DNA of 63,739 nt, the filler included, from Folioceros fuciformis (taxonomy: Eukaryota), in assembly GCA_049999805.1 (NCBI GenBank). It is 7 parts of 6 records of this genome, joined end to end, with 100 filler letters (N's around TTAATTAATTAA, not from the genome) between each part and the next. Parts side by side here need not be neighbours in the genome. Positions count along the whole stretch, not along the records: positions 25,418 to 42,740 come from JBNGIO010006088.1; 6 more parts are not named here. One strand, written 5' to 3'. A program made the translations under genes and the position numbers. Shown piece by piece: positions 25,418 through 35,787 of the stretch (position 1 is its first letter; the number at the start of each line of letters is the position of its first letter). The notes under the pieces are model-generated. The model saw nothing but the letters and a program-made list of their open reading frames with translations, made no database searches and had not been told where the DNA came from.

Positions 25418-28400
25418 AACGTGCCCTAAAACTCAAGTTTACTGGCGTGTGTGTAAAAACGACTACGCGTCAATACTCCCCCTCGACAGTGACTTGGTTC
25501 TAGGTTACGGGCTTAGATGGCGTCCATGCAGCATGCGATTCTCCGCCTTTTCTTAAGTGTGTTATCAAGCATCTGGTGGTTGCTTCAATCGTGAGCCACC
25601 TGATTTCAGCTGTGAGTGACGATATTGAAAAGCTGGAGAAGACCGACATTCGTAGGCGTAGACGGGATTCAGAGAAATCCAAGCTGGAGAGGCGTTCTGG
25701 AACATCGCGTGCAACTTGGAAGGAAGTCAATATGGAGGAATTTATGCTAGCTATCTCAACACCCTTGCCTGATTTAGAAGCAACGTGGAGTCGAGGTTTG
25801 CGGGAATTTTGTTGTTGTAGAAGCCATAGCTGCAGGTTGTTGCTGAACTCCCCCTGTTGCTGCGCCGGGCTGTGAGCTATGAAGACTGATGTAGGCTTCT
25901 CTACTTATAAGGCCGATGCCCTGCACATGTCTTTCATGCAAGTGCTTCGGTAACCCCTTGGTCATAAGGTCTGCAGTGTTGTCGTTTGTGCTCACATACT
26001 TCAGTGCCACTTGCTTACCAGCTACGATCTGTCTAATAAAGTGATGTTGTATCTCAACGTGTTTAGTCCGTGCATGCAGCACAGGATTCAGAGTCATTGC
26101 AATCGCGGACTGATTATCGCATTGAAGCACTGTAGGCTGATGCTGCTCCTCCCCGATATCTTTTAAGAATTGTCTGACCCACAGAATCTCCTTGGCTGCA
26201 AGTGAGGTGACTGCATATTCTGCCTCGGTGGAAGAGAGGCATAAGGTGGGCATCTTCTTACACGCCCATGAAACACATCCTCCGTTCAGCATCATGCAGT
26301 AAGCGGCTGTGGATCGACGAGCATCTGGGTCTCTGGCCCAGTCTGCATCGGAGAAGGAGGTAAGTGTGAGCTTCCGTTCAGGATCACTTCTATAAAACAG
26401 GCCAAGTGTTTGGGTTCCTTTCAGGTATCTCAGGATGCGTTTAACATGCGTCCAGTGTGCCGTCCTAGGGTTTGAAAGGTATCTGGACGCAATATTGATA
26501 GCCTGAGCCACATCTGGTCGAGTCCAGATGGCCTGATACAGGATACTTCCTACGGCCTCACTGTAAGGTACGTTGACCATCTCCCTTTGCTCCTCAGGTG
26601 TAGTTGGGCAATTTTCTGCTGATATTTTATCACCTAATGCTATGGGGGTTGCAACAGGCTTTGCATCCTTGAGATTGAAGCGTTCCAAGAGCTGCTCGAC
26701 GTAATGTGATTGATGTATGAAGAACGTGTGATTCTTTGAGTCACGCTCAAACTGCACGCCTAGGGCGTACTTCAGCTGTCATAGATCAGAGACTTCATAC
26801 TCCTTAGATAAAAGGTCTTTGATCTTCTGTATGTAAGTTGAATCGTTTCCGAAGATGAAGTTGTCATCGACATAGAGTGTCATAATTGCGAACGTCTCCC
26901 CCTCTCTCAAGAGGTAAACACTAGGATCAGCAGATAGTGGAGTGAATCCGCATTTCTTCAAATACCGATCTATGGTCTCATTCCAGACCTGAGCCGACTG
27001 CTTGAGGCCATACAGAGACTTCAAAAGTCGGTAGACCTTCTTGCTGTCCTTCACGAACCCTGGTGGCTGCAACATATAAATTTCCTCGTTCAGGGTCCCG
27101 TACAAAAAAGCTGTTTTTATGTCAACTTGATGAATGTCGAGGTGGTAATGTGCTGCGAAAGCCAAAAGAAGTCGGATGGAAGTCGACTTGACGACCGGAC
27201 TGTAAAGACGGTTCTCCTCATAATCGAAGCCGGGAGTCTGTGTGAATCCTCTGGCGACGAGCCGTCCTTTGTATCTGGATACAGTTCCGTCTGGATTAAG
27301 CTTCCTCCGAAAGGTCCACTTACAAGATATGGGCTTTCTGCCCGGGGGCAAATCTGTCAATTCCCAAGTCTTATTAGCAATGAGGGAGTTATACTCATCC
27401 TGTGCAGCGGCTGTCCATTCTGAGGATTTAAAGGCTTCTTCAATTGTGAGTGGGACTCCCTGCATTTCAATAGCCGACAGTGCTTGGTTAAGAGCCATTT
27501 GAGCTTCCTGCTGGTGAGTATCAACGGGTGTGTCAGCTGTGGGAAGCTGCTTTTGAGTAAGGGTATCACCTGGAGTGTATGGAGGTTCCTTCCATTCATC
27601 ACGAGGAGGCCTATAGCGAGATGACCGTCTGGGAAGTTCCCGTTCAGGTTCGACAGCTAGTGGGGAAGGTTCAGGGATACCTGGGATGTCACGTACCTTT
27701 GGCTGCTGACTTGGAAGAAGGGTTTAAGTGGGCGGTGATGTCTGTACAGGTGCTTTAGAGTGAAGATCGGAGGTAGAAGATTGATGATGTACCTCTTGAG
27801 ATTGTGAGTCATCGGGATCATATTGGGCCCCCTCAAGATCAAGAGGGGAATCAGCAAAAGAGTACCCGTAAAGACTGGCGTTAGGCAGGGGGGAAGAAGT
27901 GTGGGTACTGGTGAGGTAATGGGTAAGTACACTGGTTTCGTTAAACTGGGCACTTCTTGAGTAAACGACCTGACGACTGTGAGGGTCAAATAACCGGTAT
28001 GCTTTGACGTGATTTGAATATCCTATGAATAGGAGCTTACGACCTTTGTCATCCCACTTGCTACGGTTATCATCTGCAATGTGAGCGAAAGCGGGACTCC
28101 CAAATATACGTAAGTGTGAAATTCTGGGGGAACGACCTGTCCATCTCTCATAAGGTGTAGTGTTTGGGAGATCTTTAGTTGGGAGTCGGTTCTTAAGATA
28201 AATGGCGGTGGAGGCTGCCTCTGCCCAGTAGCCCTTAGTCAGACCTGCAAGTTTGAGAAGAGACCTGGAAATTTTTAAAATGGAACGATTGAGCCGTTCT
28301 GCGAAAGGGTTTTGTGATGGGGTATAGGGGACAGTTATCTGCCTAAGGATGCCTTTAAGGTTGCAGAAAGACTGGAAGGCTTCGCTAGTGTACTCACCTG

Positions 28401-30981
28401 CATTGTCGGTGCGCAAGGTGCCGACTAAGAAACCGGTTTGGCGTTCTACGGTGGTGAGAAACTCTTGGAAGTAATCGAAGGCTTCACTCTTGTGTTTCAA
28501 AAAATAGATGTGAGTGTACCTACTCCACTCATCCATAAAAGTGAGGAAGTAAGAGTGTCCTCCGAAGGAGACTGTACTCATAGGACCGCAAATGTCAGAG
28601 TGGATGATTTCCAAAAGTCTTCTAGCCCTAGTAGGTTGAGGATCTGAGAAGGGAAGCTGATTCAGTTCAGTGTACTTACAAATTTCGCAGAAGAAATCTT
28701 GTGACACCTGGAGTTTAATTGGGTCTCTGTACATTGAGGAATTAGTAAGGGATTTTAGATACCTCGGGTTGATGTGACCGGCACGGCAGTGCCATAGCAG
28801 GGAGTTGGTTTTATTTTGTTCTGAAGAATTGTTTACCACAAGAGATGAGTGGGTTTGGATGTTGAGCAGATATAAATCATTGTAAGGTAGGCCATGAGCA
28901 AGGGCAATATGGTCAGGATCTTTGACATGGCTGATGGTACAGTGGTTACCGACAAATGTGATTACGAGGTCATGCTCGGTTGCTAACTTCCGAACTGACA
29001 GCAGGTTCTTTGTCATCGTCGGGACATGCAGAACTCCGTTGATGAGAAGGGTTTCTCCATTTGCAAGCCGTAGTTTGATATCTCCTAACCCTTGAATGGG
29101 TAATGCACTGTCGTCTCCAAGTAGGACGTGCTGGTCAGATGTCACTTGGTGATATGTGTCGAACATATCGATACTACTACAAATATGCGTCGTGGCTCTT
29201 GAATCAAGGAACCATCGGTGTAGATCTGTTCTGGTAAGTGTAAGGCATACTGCCAATATGGAGCATGCTGCGGGCAGCCTGTTGATGGTAGTGATATGTG
29301 ATTCATTCCTGGGATTGTCTCGACGAGGTTCGCCTGCCATCTTCTTACGGCACTCGTGTTCATAATGCCCGATAATTTTGCACCAGTTGCATGCTCCCTT
29401 CTGTAGTCTGTTTTGTTGTTGCCTCGGACCTGCATTAAAAGAGGGTCTCTGAGACTGACCAGCAGGTTTCCGTGAGGAGAAACTGCCAGGTCTGAAACCA
29501 CCCCGCCTTGCACCACGGCCTCGTGATGCAAACAGCACTTGATTGGCTCCAGTATTGGAACGTGAGGTGCCTATGCGGCTGGATTCTTCTTCGAGGAGGT
29601 CTGCAACAACTTCTGAAAGTGTGCAAGGTGCCGAAACTCCTGCTTGGGCTGCCTGTCGAAGTGCCGTGTTTTGAGAACTGACGAACGTTCTGTATGAGCC
29701 AGGCAATGAGGTTAGAAGAGTAACCGCTGCCTGCAATTCTGTGAGAGTAGTGCCGCTGGCGGCCAACTTGGCTCTTGCGGATCTGAACTTGTGTATGTGT
29801 TGCTCAACGCTGTCAGATTCTTTCATTCTCAATGAGTAGAATTGACGTGTTGCATTTACAAGTGACATTGAGCTTTGGGCTTGGAACATCTCGTTGAAGG
29901 TGTTCCAAATACCGTTAGAAGTTGCCTAGCCGTGTGTATGTTGTAGCATGTTCGTATCGATTGCTGAAATAAGGATGTTGCGGGCACGTTTGTCGCTTTT
30001 CTCCCATGCTGCAATCTGGTCATGAGTTGCAGGCGGAGTTGATGTTGTGGATGGCTTGGGACATGTGCCATCGACGATGCCCATAAGGTCGTGCTCCTCA
30101 AGCAAGGCTTGAATTCTGATTTGCCATATGTCGTAGTCGCTCCCTGTGAAGCGATCGCGGTCTTTGAATTCCACCTTTGTGGTGTTAAAGGTTAATGTTG
30201 GGTTGGCTGGAGTGCTGACAGGTTGATGATGCGTTGCCATTACGCGGCGGCGGTGCCTGGTGCTGCTGGCTTGTGTTGCTAGGGGATCGAAATCGAACAT
30301 ATGCTGCAAGGATCAACAGATTAGTGATCCAGGTAACCTACTTGCGCTTACAGAAATTGTACAGTTCTCGGTAGAGGGCTTCCAGTTGCGACTCTATGCA
30401 GTTCAGCTGAATCTTTAGATACTCAGGACTTGCGACGACTGCAGAAGGAAAGGGAAGATGCGTAGGGTATGTGGAGAATTGCGCTTGAAGGTGACTCGAA
30501 ACTGGTGGGCGTGGTGGTGCTAATGCAGGTCGCGACTGTGGAAGATGGGATGGTGTCCTGTGCGCGGCGGCTGAGCAATCGTTGCAAAATTTTGTGGCTT
30601 GTGGAGCAAGTCTGCCTTGTGGCGCGAAGCACGCTGGATGGCGGCGCCGAGGCATGCTGAAATCGGAATTTCAAGTCAGGGTGTTGCAGAGTACGCCGAC
30701 CTTCATGTTGCGAGAAAGCCGGGTGGAGGCGAAGCCAGGCGGCGGTGAGCCAACCGGCTCTGATACCATGTAGATACGGTAATAGTAATAATCTCATATT
30801 AGAAAGGGGTATTAAGTGCCCTTATATAGGCTTACATAAAGCGGTTCGTAACTGCTGCTATATAAGTGTTTTAATAAAACTACTTAAACTGCTTAAACTG
30901 TTTTCTTATATCAGCCCTAGCGAAACGTGCCCTAAAACTCAAATTTACTGGCGTGTGTGTAAAAACGACTGCGCGTCAATA
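25418..30981 (-). mobile_element. Ty1/Copia LTR retrotransposon 'Copia-A', near full length
   Basis: 5' LTR 30769-30981; tRNA-iMet PBS TGGTATCAGAGC at 30757-30768. Gag with CNWC..GH...C knuckle, protease WFLDSRATTHIC, integrase (HSDICGP, LRTDNAGEY), RT (LYVDD), RNase H (SDADWA). PPT at 25476-25484 and a 3' LTR remnant at 25418-25475 cut by the linker. Nonsense codons at 29926 and 26779 plus a frameshift near 27720. Confidence 0.95.
30338..30655 (-). CDS. Small upstream ORF of Copia-A between PBS and gag (105 aa, C-terminal leucine-zipper-like segment)
   Basis: ATG-initiated ORF MPRRRHPACFAP...EYLKIQLNCIESQLEALYRELYNF. Both ends are homologous to the same position in Copia-B. Confidence 0.55.
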   Translation of the reverse strand: MPRRRHPACFAPQGRLAPQATKFCNDCSAAAHRTPSHLPQSRPALAPPRPPVSSHLQAQFSTYPTHLPFPSAVVASPEYLKIQLNCIESQLEALYRELYNFCKRK

Positions 30982-31164
30982 CCATTTGACAGCTGCAATG
31001 AGACATTGCCGGTGCCTGCTACAGCCAGGGCGCTATCGTCTCCCAGGAGAACATGTTGGTCATCTGGTGAGTCGTGATCTAACTCAAAGGCTTCCTTGCT
31101 ACTGCAAATGTGCGTGGTTGCACTGGAGTCCAGGAACCATCTGTTTTCATCTGTTTTGGTGAGT
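30982..31164 (-). mobile_element. Copia-B protease segment, continuation of gag 39123-40143
   Basis: Reads LTKTDENRWFLDSSATTHICSS...VLLGDDSALAVAGTGNV. Joins in frame to ...VLAICLTL once the DNA transposon and one TGAGT are removed. Confidence 0.9.
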
Positions 31165-31478
31165 ATCATGGTCTAACCCAGACGAGCGGATTCCACAAAG
31201 CCCCTTTTGCGCATTTCACATTTGTCGTGATTCACGTTCCTTATCTACTTTTGATCTAATTTCACAAACAATAACACCACCGACATGTATCCAAATATTT
31301 TGGTTGCTGCAAAGGTCAATAAAACCAAATTTACTGAAAAAAATAGTTTGAGTCTTCTATATGAAACTTGATATTTCGCAACGCTAAACTTGTGGTGCGC
31401 CAGTCAATTGACGCACAAATTTTCCAAAGTACTTCAAGTTTACGTTTATACCAATTTCAAATTAAGTCAAGTTTATTC

Positions 31479-34271
31479 TCAAACAAAAAAAGGGTCGTCC
31501 TGGTTGGCTTTGGAGTCCACAACTACATATAAATCATTCATCCGTTGTGCATCTGTATTGCCAAAGTCATTAGCACCCACTCGAAACACCGAGAAGTTGG
31601 GGTCCTCTGTAGTTTGAGGCGGCAAAGTGCAATTCTTATCCCAGACAGTGATGGCGTAAAGGTCTTCCGCAGGCTTATCATCAATTTGGTATATGACCTC
31701 TCCTTTCTTGCTCAACATAGTGAACACCATTAGTTTGCGGTCCACGCTCCCATCACCGCACACTTCCTTCGCCCAAAACTTTGATGGGCCTCGCGTAAAC
31801 GACTCTATCGTAATCTCCTCATCTAGGTCAGGCAAAGACCCTAGCCCGATAATCCGCTACATAATATATGAAGTGTACCTGACATCCACATCGATCGCAA
31901 CCGCATGCCTTCCGTGCTGAACAGCACTTTGGAGAAGAGATCCCAGACAACAGCGTATAGGGTCGTCTGACAAGAAAGGCCTTCATTTCCAGTACATTCC
32001 TTTGAATAACCTGGTATTTTACCTTTGAGTTACTCACCGGAACCTGAAAATCCAACAGCCCTACGTCCATATCCGCTGCCGCCAACTTCTGCTTCTCCTC
32101 TTCCATCCTTTTCCAGTTTTTCTCCGAATAAATGAAATCCTGGAATGGCTTCGGTAGGGACTCCAAGTCTGCTATCTTTGAAGGTTTCTACAACCAGAAT
32201 GGTACATGTTAGTTTGGCTACCGATAAAGCTACTTCAGCATGAACAGACATGAGTGTGCCAGTAGATCGGCGCACTGGGGCCTGCTGGAGCTGCAGTGCG
32301 CCGGTCTACCAGTGCACTGCTTTCGGCTAGAGTCCAGTGCGCCGGTAGACCAGCGCACTCTTGCCGGAAGCTGCTCGTGTGCGCCGGTCTACCGGCGCAT
32401 TGGGGCTGGCTCGGGGCCAAGTGCGCCGGTAGACCGACGCACTCCTGCTTAAGGAACCGGATTAGTAACACGAGAAATGATCGCAAAAACTTACCACTTT
32501 GGCGAAGGCTATCTGGAATTTTAAGAGATGACCATCTTCTGTGTGCTTCGGGTAGATCTCTTTGGCCTCTTCAAAGGTGCCGCACTTCATTGCCATTTGC
32601 AATGCATGTTGTATCAGGTGGATCTTCTTCGTCTTCCCCACTTCAGTGTCCATGTCCCACAATTGAAGCTTTCCCTGGATGACCTTCTGCATCACCGCTA
32701 TCAACATCTCCTCTCCCTTCACACCTGTTGGGACGCCTTGGAAGGCTCTCCATGGCCTGCCCTACATCGCTCCTGGCCTCCTGCTGCTGTCTTCGGTAAC
32801 CTGGGTAACAGAACTTTGCAGGGTAGAATCTCCTGTCTTCCATTTTGCCTTTGCCCTCTTTGTTGTCTCGGCTGTTACCATGCTCTTCTTCCCACATTCT
32901 AACGATCATGTCCACATTGTCCCAAAGAACACCTGAGCATCTGGCTACTTGACATGGCAAGGTTTGCCTGTCCACCATCTTCTACACCCAGTTCTGTGTC
33001 GTGGGGATCTCCACCTTCGTCAGTCATCCCTAGCAACCTGTATAGGTTAAACTTCCACTTGACTGGTGGCTTCTCTTCCCCTAAATGATTCCTGAAAAAA
33101 ATGTCGAGCTAGTCATGGATGTATCGCACCTACTCAATGAACCCCATCCTCTTCCACTTGTCTGCATAGACATTGTGGTTGACAGCGAAAACCCTCATCT
33201 CTTCCTCTGTCAACCCAGCATACACGTGCCCTTGCATCCATTCATACTTATCTTCTGCGGGGAACATCTAATGGAGTTTCTGCATGGCTGCAAAGCAGTG
33301 GTTGCCCCCTAAGACTCCCATATGGTACTGTTGCGCTGTGATCCTGTCCAAGGAAACCTCTTCCTTGCTCACTACTTGCTTAGGATCAAGCATACACAGG
33401 AGGGGCAAGATCCCTTCCTTAACAGAGCCAGCCTGCATCTGCCTCACTAAGCTTTTCATCCAAGCTTCGTCTACCAGCCTTATCTGTGCGTCAGAGGTGA
33501 TGAAAGATGCAGGATACAAAATATCCACATGTAGATCAAACGTTGTGGACCTAATCCTCTTGGCATGGGCCTTCTTCCTTATTCCATTCAGGTAGTCCTC
33601 ATCCTGTGCTAACCTCTCAAACCTCTCTACTACCCAAGTTAGCTCTGGCTGCACCTGCTGCACTACGCCGCCCTTCCGTCTCTTCTGCTTCGCTGCCTGC
33701 CCTCTTGTTGTAGTGCCTGCTGCTTTTCACCGCTTCGGCTGCGGAGATGTGGCTATGGAGACATACAGGAGGTGTAACATCGGGGTCAGCGGTCAGTGTT
33801 TTAGCAGTAGAATCAAGGTAGCCAAAAACAAACCCACAGCAAAATGCTCAGCTTGCACACAACAGCCTCACCGGATGTCATCTTCCGCTGTTTCGCAAGA
33901 GATGCTGATGCTCTCCTCTTCCGCTGCCCTAGTGCGCTGGTAGACCGGCGCACCTGGGTCACCCTCTTCCGTGGTGGAGTGACCTCAACTGGGGACTCCT
34001 CAGATGCATCTCCCTCGCAGGAATTGCGGGGCATCTCTAGAGCATCATTCAGACTGTCTTCAGCTGAGGAGTACTGAGCCATCTCCTCGACTTCCTCCTC
34101 TTCACTGTTGTGTTGTGGAACGTATGGTGCCTCCTCTTCTGAAACCTCAGGCTGCATATGAGGCATCTCCTGCTTGTCTTTCACGAATCCCACTGCACGA
34201 GTGTTGAGGACTCCGAATTCTGCTTGCACCGGCTTCCGCTGCCGCTCCCCAAGCCGCGCCACAAGAGCCAT
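31479..34271 (-). pseudogene. Transposon cargo gene with a ParB/Srx-like N-terminal domain; spliced, decayed by stops and frameshifts
   Basis: Acidic/basic disordered N-terminus, then IRLVDEAWMKSLVRQMQAGSVKEGILPLLCML...YHMGVLGGNHCFAAMQKL...HVYAGLTEEEMRVFAVNHN, which follows the ParB-N pattern. An in-frame GT-AG intron at 32188-32494 joins FAKV to KPSKIADLESLPK. Confidence 0.65.
32253..32443. repeat. Array of five 24-bp palindromes AGTGCGCCGGT-NN-ACCGGCGCACT, period 41-42 bp
   Basis: Copies start at 32253, 32295, 32336, 32378 and 32420, separated by 17-18-bp non-identical spacers. Confidence 0.92.
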
Positions 34272-34393
34272 ATTCTTCAGCACCGCGTCTCCTACGCACC
34301 GCAAAACTGTTCGACAAAACTGTTCTCCACCCTAATTAGCGTAAAAAAAAAACACAAAAGTTAGGGTTTAGGATAATTCTCAGTAATGACATT

Positions 34394-35230
34394 TTAACCT
34401 TTTAAGCTGATAAGACCACTTACATCCTTCAATAAAAGACAACCTCTTAGCGCGTTTTTCATCCACAGTGGTTCGCATCGGCGAGGTATGGCTTTCGCAA
34501 CATTCACAACCACTAAACTATGACTATCGTAGTCATCCATAATGTGGCTTGGTGGGTGTTGGGTGAGGATGAAATTCAAGTGAGTTTCGTCGTCTTCACC
34601 GTCCACTGATGCACAAAGAATCCATCCTGCCCTTCGTGCTTCGTGCTCCGCCAAGCCTTGAAACCCATTCACCCACAGAGCAACAAGAGGAATCCACAGC
34701 AAGTTCAAGTCATCAGGCTCATCTTCAGCTATCAAAAACCATTCCTTATCAGTGTTGAATCTTTTGGCCAAAGTGTCTTCTAACTTCTTCAGTCTCAATC
34801 TCTCTACAAAGTTGTAGGCATTCGGAATGTTGTAATTCTGATTGCCTCCTGTATTGCCTCCGTGATTCACATGCAGCAGAATGTCATTCAGAGGTCCTTC
34901 ACTTGCTTTTGAATTGGATGCTCTCATGCTCCCACTTAAGTTATCCTTTCTTCCTCCGGCGGTCTGGGCAATGGGAGTAGTTTCTTTGCCAGCGGGTGGT
35001 GTAGGTCGATGTCCATCCCTATCGGTGTTGTGACCAGACGACGCTCGCGAAGTTGCTTTCCCCGGATTCCTTTGCTTTCGTACTCGTGGAAGCGCCTTAA
35101 CATCCCTGTCCACAAGCTGAAGTTTGTTGACGACCAGATGCCATTGGTACATGCACCGGATTTGTACAAGAAAGAATTCGAAAACGAACTGTTCAGCTGA
35201 AACCAAATATCCACTGTTGCCAACCGCCAA
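34394..35230 (-). CDS. Uncharacterised transposon-internal ORF (up to 278 aa)
   Basis: Open frame inside the element. The C-terminal ~140 aa look globular; no motif recognised and the start is uncertain. Confidence 0.4.
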   Translation of the reverse strand: MAVGNSGYLVSAEQFVFEFFLVQIRCMYQWHLVVNKLQLVDRDVKALPRVRKQRNPGKATSRASSGHNTDRDGHRPTPPAGKETTPIAQTAGGRKDNLSGSMRASNSKASEGPLNDILLHVNHGGNTGGNQNYNIPNAYNFVERLRLKKLEDTLAKRFNTDKEWFLIAEDEPDDLNLLWIPLVALWVNGFQGLAEHEARRAGWILCASVDGEDDETHLNFILTQHPPSHIMDDYDSHSLVVVNVAKAIPRRCEPLWMKNALRGCLLLKDVSGLISLKG

Positions 35231-35787
35231 TGCATTTATAGCGTGATGGAGGTCGTATCAGGCGGAGATTCTTGCTGAACAGTTAGTTCTATTTTTACTC
35301 AAACATTCAAATCTAATTAGCGTGATGATGGTCGTTTCAAGCGTCAATTCTCGCTGAACAGATATTTTTATTTCTGGTCTAAGGTTCACATTGCATTAAA
35401 CACTCGTGCTTCGGGACTTGGTGGAGGGGCATTGTTACAATGCTGCACATTTGAAAGCCAGCCAAGCCGAAGGGTATACACACACTGTTCTTTCATGCTT
35501 CCATGGCAAACAAACCTTCATCATCGTGTCATGGTATGGAGAATTTTTGTGAAGATAGAAGCGACGAAGGTTTGGAAGAACGAACGATGCTTTGTGATCG
35601 TGGATTCACATGACTATGATTTGCTTCTGTTTTACTAATCTGTGGATGATTCTTATCCCCAGGAGACCATCCTTCCATACATCAATTTGAGGAGTTGAGG
35701 TCGTCGCCAATCCGTCTAAGTCTTCTGGACAAAGTTCATAGTTCTCTAAGCCCGTCATCTCCGCGACATTCATTTGTAGGCGCAGTG

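Noticed and set aside
30304-30351. Possible 48-nt GT-AG intron fusing the Copia-A upstream ORF to gag
   Set aside because: Splicing would not put gag in frame, the intron is very short, and no equivalent is seen in Copia-B.
32253-32443. CRISPR array interpretation of the palindrome-spacer arrays
   Set aside because: Eukaryotic intronic context, no cas genes, spacers only 17-19 bp and partly similar to each other, and repeat orientation alternates.
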